Source of the DNA: Methanothrix sp.
Lineage (GTDB): Archaea; Halobacteriota; Methanosarcinia; Methanotrichales; Methanotrichaceae
Length of the DNA: 64,000 nt
Direction of reading: 5' to 3'
Assembly: GCA_040770465.1 (NCBI GenBank)
Contig: JAXGJB010000006.1
Location: 32,822-96,821, forward strand
Positions 58,885-64,000 of the stretch are shown in pieces. The first letter of the stretch is position 1. Each line of letters begins with the position of its first letter. Under the pieces are notes generated by a model. It was given only the letters and a program-made list of their open reading frames with translations, did not search any database and was not told the origin of the DNA. The position numbers were made by a program, and so were the translations under genes.

Positions 58885-59772
58885 CTACTTCTCCACCTTC
58901 TCCAGGTCGCTGGATAGGTCGCCGGTGAGGTCGACGCTGAAGAAGTCCCCCGCCGTCGGGAGGGCCATGAATATGTTGGGGGTCAGGTCCAGCTCCACTT
59001 CGGCCCCGTCGAGAGCGAGGTCGAGGATGTGGCCGCCCGCCTTCCTGTCGTCGGTGATGAAGTGGAGGTGGTAGCAGGGGACGTTGATCCCGTCGACGAA
59101 CTCGGGTGACCAGAACCCGACGACAGTCCCGGAGGCGTTCTCAAACTCGAAGACCGTCTGGTTGGCGGTGACGTTGGCGAGGAGGGGGTAGGGCTTCTCC
59201 TGGGCGGGAACGCTTCTCGTCTTGACGTAGGGGAACGTTCCGTCTATCCTGATGGCGTAGAATACGTTCTTCGAGGGGAAGTTCCCTTCGAGGATCTCTT
59301 TTAGCTCGGAGAAATTTGCCTCTTCGACCAGGACCGTCTGGTCGGGCTCGAAGAAGGTGACGGTGGCGAAGGGGGTCGTGACCTCGTCGGGGACGACGTA
59401 GGCATTGCCGTCGACCTTCACCTGGAGGCAGACGCCGTCGACGACTACCATCTCGCCTTCGAGCCGGTCGAATGTCCCGATCCCGAAGTCACCTCTCTCT
59501 TTAAGCTCGCCCACCGGGAGGATGCCGTCGTAGACGGCCAGGAGGAGGGCGTCGATCGTCGAGACCTGGAAGAGGACCTCCCGGTCCTGGTCGATAGTCG
59601 GGGCCGACGGGCTCGCGTCGTCGTAGTCGGCGGCGGCCGGGATTGTGGCGATGGCCGTCATGATCAAGGTCATCGCTGAAAACAGGGAATACATCTTTTC
59701 TCTCGTGGGGATCACATCCAAAGAGGATGATGGCGGCATTGTCGTTTCGCCATCTGCAAAATAGCTCAGCAT
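58885..59772 (-). CDS. Acetolactate decarboxylase-like protein with signal peptide
   Basis: QVSTIDALL, GDFGIGTF..LEGE, YHLHF...GGH; real start probably later (about 59694). Confidence 0.85.
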   Translation of the reverse strand: MLSYFADGETTMPPSSSLDVIPTREKMYSLFSAMTLIMTAIATIPAAADYDDASPSAPTIDQDREVLFQVSTIDALLLAVYDGILPVGELKERGDFGIGTFDRLEGEMVVVDGVCLQVKVDGNAYVVPDEVTTPFATVTFFEPDQTVLVEEANFSELKEILEGNFPSKNVFYAIRIDGTFPYVKTRSVPAQEKPYPLLANVTANQTVFEFENASGTVVGFWSPEFVDGINVPCYHLHFITDDRKAGGHILDLALDGAEVELDLTPNIFMALPTAGDFFSVDLTGDLSSDLEKVEK

Positions 59773-59868
59773 CAGAAGAGAAATAAGTTTATCTGCCGCG
59801 GGATAGACGCGGCAGTCTCCGACGGTGGAGAAGAATGTATCCTTACGATGTGATCATCCACGTTGCGG

Positions 59869-60072
59869 CTATCCCTCCGAGCCGACATCCGGCTCGATCC
59901 CGTCGGCGTCACATGATGTGAACTTGGTGTACCCCACCTCGCAGCTCTCGTTCACCGTCTCGTTTGAGATCTCCTCTCCGGCACCCGCTCCCGAATCTGA
60001 GACCGCAGGCTCCGACTCCGACGACTTCTCTGTGCATCCGGTGAAGGCGACCAGGGCCAAAGCCAGCATCAC
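59869..60072 (-). CDS. Short lipoprotein-like ORF, possibly truncated
   Basis: LALALVAFTGC lipobox; acidic low-complexity tail. Confidence 0.45.
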   Translation of the reverse strand: MMLALALVAFTGCTEKSSESEPAVSDSGAGAGEEISNETVNESCEVGYTKFTSCDADGIEPDVGSEG

Positions 60073-60273
60073 CAGAAAAAGCGCATTGATTGATCTCTTG
60101 ATGACAATTCCTCCACCCTCTTCTTTGAACTTTTCTGGCGAAGAAGGTTTTGGTCCCGTATTTGGAGACCGGCCTCAAAACGGCTTCGAAACGGCTTTAT
60201 CGAAGGGGCGATCACCCCTGATCGCACGATCACGACGGCGAGGCGCCGCCTCGCTGAAGGTACAACTTCAAGG

Positions 60274-62079
60274 ATGGTTTTCATCTTGAGAGAATATCTG
60301 CTGGGAAACGTCGCCATCGCCAAAGGTATCCTGGAGGCGGGGGCCGGAGTGGTCTCGGGCTACCCCGGAACCCCCTCCTCCGAGATCGTGGACTATCTCG
60401 CTCCTCTCGCCAGGGAGCAGGGGGTCCACGTCGAATGGTCTGTGAACGAGAAGGTGGCCATGGAGGTGGCGATCGGAGCCTCCTGGACGGGGACCCGGTC
60501 CGCCGTCACCATGAAGCACGTGGGCCTGAACGTCGCTGCAGACCCCTTCATGACCCTCGCCTACCTGGGCGTCGGGGGAGGGATGGTGGTGATCTCCGCC
60601 GACGACCCCTACTGCCACTCGTCCCAGAATGAGCAGGACTCTCGGCGGTATGCTGCGTTCGCCCGGGTCCCCTGCCTTGACCCCGCCGACCCCCAGGAGG
60701 CGAGGGACATGACCCTCCGGGCTTTCGCATTATCCGAGGAGTTCGGCGTTCCGGTGATGCTGAGGCCCACCACCAGGGTCTCTCACGCCAGAGCCGACGT
60801 CCTGGTCGGGACTCCGACAGAGAGGCTGGCTGGCCCGCAATTCGAGAAGAACCCGGCGAGGAGGGTCGCCCTCCCCGTCCACGCACGGCCGCTGCACGTC
60901 GAGCTTCTGAATAAGCAGGCTGGGATCGAGGCGGCCCTCGAAAAAGAGGCGTGGAACCGGTCCGTCGTGAGGAGTGAGGTCGGAGTGATCGCCTCGGGGA
61001 TCTCCGGCCTCTACGCCGAGGAGGCGATCGCCGGAATGGAGGCCGAGGTCTCCCTCCTGAGGATCGGGACCTACCCGATCTCCAGGAAGGTCGTCGGAGA
61101 CTTCCTCGAAAAAGTCAGTCGAGTCCTGGTGGTCGAGGAGATGGACCCCATCGTCGAGGAGTTCGTCGAGATGGTGGCAAAGGAGAGGAACCCCGACGTC
61201 GAGATCCTGGGGAAGAGGTCGGGGCACGTTCCGGGCGTCGGCGAGCTCGACCCCCTCACCGTTCGAGACGCCATAGCCAAAATGATGGGGCTGCCACCAA
61301 GGGCGGCCCCGACGATGAGCCCCCAGGTCCTATCGATCTTGCCGCCGAGGCCCCCCGCCCTCTGTCCGGGCTGCAGCCATCGGGCGACCTACTACGCCAT
61401 GAGGAAGGCCTTCGGGAAGGACGCGGTCTATCCGAACGACATCGGCTGTTACACCATGGGGGTCGGGATGGGGACCGTCGACACCTGCCTCTGCATGGGG
61501 GCGAGCATCACCGTCGGGGCCGGGATCAGGTTCGGGGGCGAGGAGAGGCCGATATGCGCCGTCCTCGGCGATTCGACCTTCCTTCACTCCGGCCTCACCG
61601 GCCTTCTCAACGCCGCCTACAACGGGGCACGGATGACGGTTGCGATCCTCGACAACTCCATCACCGCCATGACCGGCCACCAGCCCAATCCCGGAGCGGG
61701 AGAGACCGCCTCCGGCGAGTCGTCGCCCCCCATCTCCCTGGAGGATATCTGTCGGTCCCTGGGCGCGGGACTCATCGAGACCGCCGACCCCTACGACCTC
61801 GATTCGACGATCGAGACCTTCGAGCGGGCGCGGGACCATCCCGGCCTCTCGGTGGTGGTGGCCAAGAGGGCCTGCGTCATCAGCGAGATCAGGTCCGGGT
61901 TCCGGCGGCCGAGGCTAAAGATAGACGAGGAGAAGTGCGGCGGGTGCAAGATCTGCGTCAATTTCGGCTGTCCCGCCATCGAGTTCGACGGGAAGGTGGC
62001 AAAGATAAACGCCCTCTGCTCGGGGTGCGGGGTCTGCGCTGCAATATGCCCACAGAAGGCGATCGAGGTGGTGAAATGA
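60274..62079 (+). CDS. iorA: Indolepyruvate:ferredoxin oxidoreductase alpha subunit
   Basis: GYPGTPSSE, NEKVA, MKHVGLNVA, CPGC, DIGCY, GDSTF, C-terminal 2x[4Fe-4S]. Confidence 0.95.
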   Translation: MVFILREYLLGNVAIAKGILEAGAGVVSGYPGTPSSEIVDYLAPLAREQGVHVEWSVNEKVAMEVAIGASWTGTRSAVTMKHVGLNVAADPFMTLAYLGVGGGMVVISADDPYCHSSQNEQDSRRYAAFARVPCLDPADPQEARDMTLRAFALSEEFGVPVMLRPTTRVSHARADVLVGTPTERLAGPQFEKNPARRVALPVHARPLHVELLNKQAGIEAALEKEAWNRSVVRSEVGVIASGISGLYAEEAIAGMEAEVSLLRIGTYPISRKVVGDFLEKVSRVLVVEEMDPIVEEFVEMVAKERNPDVEILGKRSGHVPGVGELDPLTVRDAIAKMMGLPPRAAPTMSPQVLSILPPRPPALCPGCSHRATYYAMRKAFGKDAVYPNDIGCYTMGVGMGTVDTCLCMGASITVGAGIRFGGEERPICAVLGDSTFLHSGLTGLLNAAYNGARMTVAILDNSITAMTGHQPNPGAGETASGESSPPISLEDICRSLGAGLIETADPYDLDSTIETFERARDHPGLSVVVAKRACVISEIRSGFRRPRLKIDEEKCGGCKICVNFGCPAIEFDGKVAKINALCSGCGVCAAICPQKAIEVVK

Positions 62080-62663
62080 GAACTTCTGAGTGCGACGTCG
62101 TCGTCGTCGGGGTCGGCGGCCAGGGGGTTATCCTGATATCCGAGATCATCGGCAGGGCCGCCATGCTGGCGGGGCTCTCGGTCCGGGGGGTCGAGACCCA
62201 CGGGATGGCCCAGAGGGGCGGAAGCGTCCTAAACCACATCAGGGTCGGTTGCAGCTACAGCGCCATGATATCTCCGGGCAGCGCGGACGTCCTCCTCGCC
62301 ATGGAGCCGGCGGAGGCTCTGAGGTACGCTCACTATCTCTCGCCGGAAGGGGTAGCTCTGGTGAACACGCGGCCGGTGATGCCCGTCACCGTCACCACGG
62401 GCCAGGCATCATATCCCTCCATCGAGGAGATCCTCGCCCCCCTGAGAGAGGTTGCCTGCGAGGTGAAGGCGATGGACGCGACGGGTCTTGCGGCGAAGGC
62501 GGGAAGCCCCCAGGCGACGAACGTGGTGATGCTGGGAGCTCTCGCCGGATACCTTCCCATCGAGGAGGCGACCCTCCAGCAAGCTCTCTCGGAGACGGTT
62601 CCGGCGCGGTTCCTGGAGATCAACAGGAAGGCGTTCGAACTTGGAAAAATTGAAGTAGAATAG
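62076..62663 (+). CDS. iorB: Indolepyruvate:ferredoxin oxidoreductase beta subunit
   Basis: GVGGQG, ETHGMAQRGGSV, NVVMLG; ATGA overlap with iorA. Confidence 0.95.
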   Translation: MRTSECDVVVVGVGGQGVILISEIIGRAAMLAGLSVRGVETHGMAQRGGSVLNHIRVGCSYSAMISPGSADVLLAMEPAEALRYAHYLSPEGVALVNTRPVMPVTVTTGQASYPSIEEILAPLREVACEVKAMDATGLAAKAGSPQATNVVMLGALAGYLPIEEATLQQALSETVPARFLEINRKAFELGKIEVE

Positions 62664-62680
62664 GCAACATCTCTCAGCTC

Positions 62681-63220
62681 ATGGCCGAAGAGAAGAAGGA
62701 GACCGGGAAGAAAGGGAAGAAGGAGAAGAAGGAGAAGTCAGGAGCCGTCCCTCTGGGCGAGACCGAGGCGATCGACGCCCTGGCAGAGCCCCAGGTTCCG
62801 GAGAACCTGCCCGACGCCACCTGGACCGTCGAGAAGCTCGCCGAGGTCGTGGCCAAGGAGGGCAACATGCTCGTTCGGGCGAACGCCGTCAACGCCCTCG
62901 CCAAGAAGGGCGGGCCTGAGGTGGTGGAGCCCCTGGTCCAGGCCCTCAAGGACCCTGAGGACGTCGTCAAGGCGAACGCCATGGTGGGGCTTGCCGCCAT
63001 GGGAAGAGATCTGGTCCAGGAGAGGATGGCGGAGCTGATCCTGGACAGGGAGACGAACGAGGAGATCAGGGGCGGCGCCGCCTGGGTCCTCGGCGAGATG
63101 ATGGACGAGAAGTCTCTTGAGATCCTGAAGAGGGCGGCCGAGGAGGACGAGAGCGCCTTCGTCCGGGTTCACGCAAAGGCCTCGATCCTCGCTCACGAGC
63201 AGCCTATTGAGAAGAAGTAG
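62681..63220 (+). CDS. HEAT repeat protein
   Basis: VRANAVNAL, VKANAMVGL, IRGGAAWVLG repeats. Confidence 0.8.
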   Translation: MAEEKKETGKKGKKEKKEKSGAVPLGETEAIDALAEPQVPENLPDATWTVEKLAEVVAKEGNMLVRANAVNALAKKGGPEVVEPLVQALKDPEDVVKANAMVGLAAMGRDLVQERMAELILDRETNEEIRGGAAWVLGEMMDEKSLEILKRAAEEDESAFVRVHAKASILAHEQPIEKK

Positions 63221-63335
63221 AGACGATTTTGGGCGGGGTCTTTTGCCCTGGGGCTGCGGGCTCCGGCGCCCCCTCCCCCTCACACCACCACCCACCTCGC
63301 CAAACGCTGAAGAAAACCGTTCATTTTTCAAGCCC

Positions 63336-63947
63336 ATGAAAATATCGGTCATCCTCGGCCATCCCGATCCCGGAAGCTTCAACCACGCCATAGCGGAGGC
63401 GGCGGTCGACGCGCTGAAGGAAAACGGCCACGACGTCTCATTCCACGACCTCTACGCCGAGAAGTTCGATCCGATCCTCCCTGGCCCCGAGATCCCCAGG
63501 GGCGCCGTCGTCGATCCCGCCATAAAGAATCACTGCGACGAGATCGCGGCCGCCGAGGGGATCGTCATCGTCCATCCCAACTGGTGGGGGCAGCCTCCGG
63601 CGATCCTGAAGGGCTGGGTCGACCGAGTCATACGCCCCGGCGTCGCCTAAGAGTTTCTGGAGGGGGACGGCGGCGAGGGCGTCCCCGTCGGCCTCCTGAA
63701 GGCGAAGTGCGCCCTCGTCTTCAACACCGCCAACACCCCGGAGGAGCGGGAGCTTGCTGCCTTCGGCGATCCGCTGGAGACGCTCTGGAAAAACTGCATC
63801 TTCGGCCTCTGCGGCGTCGGCGAAGTCTATCGAAGGACCTTTTCTGTGGTGGTGACCAGCACGCCGAAGGAGAGGCAGGGGTGGCTCGCTGAGGTGCGGG
63901 AGATCGTAGAGAGGAGTTATCCGCCTCAATTTCACATTAAGCCGTAA
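63336..63947 (+). pseudogene. Flavodoxin-fold NAD(P)H oxidoreductase with one in-frame TAA
   Basis: GHPDPGSFNHAI, HPNWWGQPPAILKGWVDRV..GVA*EFLEGD; frame continues to 63947. Confidence 0.85.
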
Positions 63948-64000
63948 TAAATTTATATCAGGTGACTATTTGAGAATACGTGATCGACGAAATAATCAAT

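Noticed and set aside
1-64000. Intact transposase, integrase, rRNA or provirus
   Set aside because: No DDE, tyrosine/serine recombinase, capsid or rRNA signature recognised

Overview
GC-rich archaeal chromosome segment. Gene content (archaeal RNAP subunits Rpo10/Rpo6, rpl18e, SRP19, Hef, mvk-ipk-fni-idsA, Ahb heme enzymes, IorAB, short NifB) points to a methanogen; a Methanothrix/Methanosarcinales-like host is inferred, not verified. Most of the window is housekeeping: an arsenic-resistance cluster, thiI, four tRNAs, a ribosomal/isoprenoid superoperon, purLQS, asd, hom, lig, hisD and iorAB. Accessory parts are a defence islet (VapBC-like pair, RHH protein, McrBC with an AT-rich N-terminal module, orphan antitoxin; about 17.5-23.2 kb) and an AT-rich P-loop ATPase next to a broken hicB (44.6-46.6 kb). 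There are several pseudogenes (nadE, hicB, NAD(P)H oxidoreductase), two decayed gene-fragment duplications beside tRNA-Leu genes, and several microproteins below the ORF-track cutoff. The most unusual signal is a ~450-nt non-coding array of four structured modules (RTGAAG-Gn ... TTCAT) between a BRE/TATA-like promoter and a winged-helix gene (11.2-12.1 kb). All family calls come from motif recognition by eye; no database search was run.
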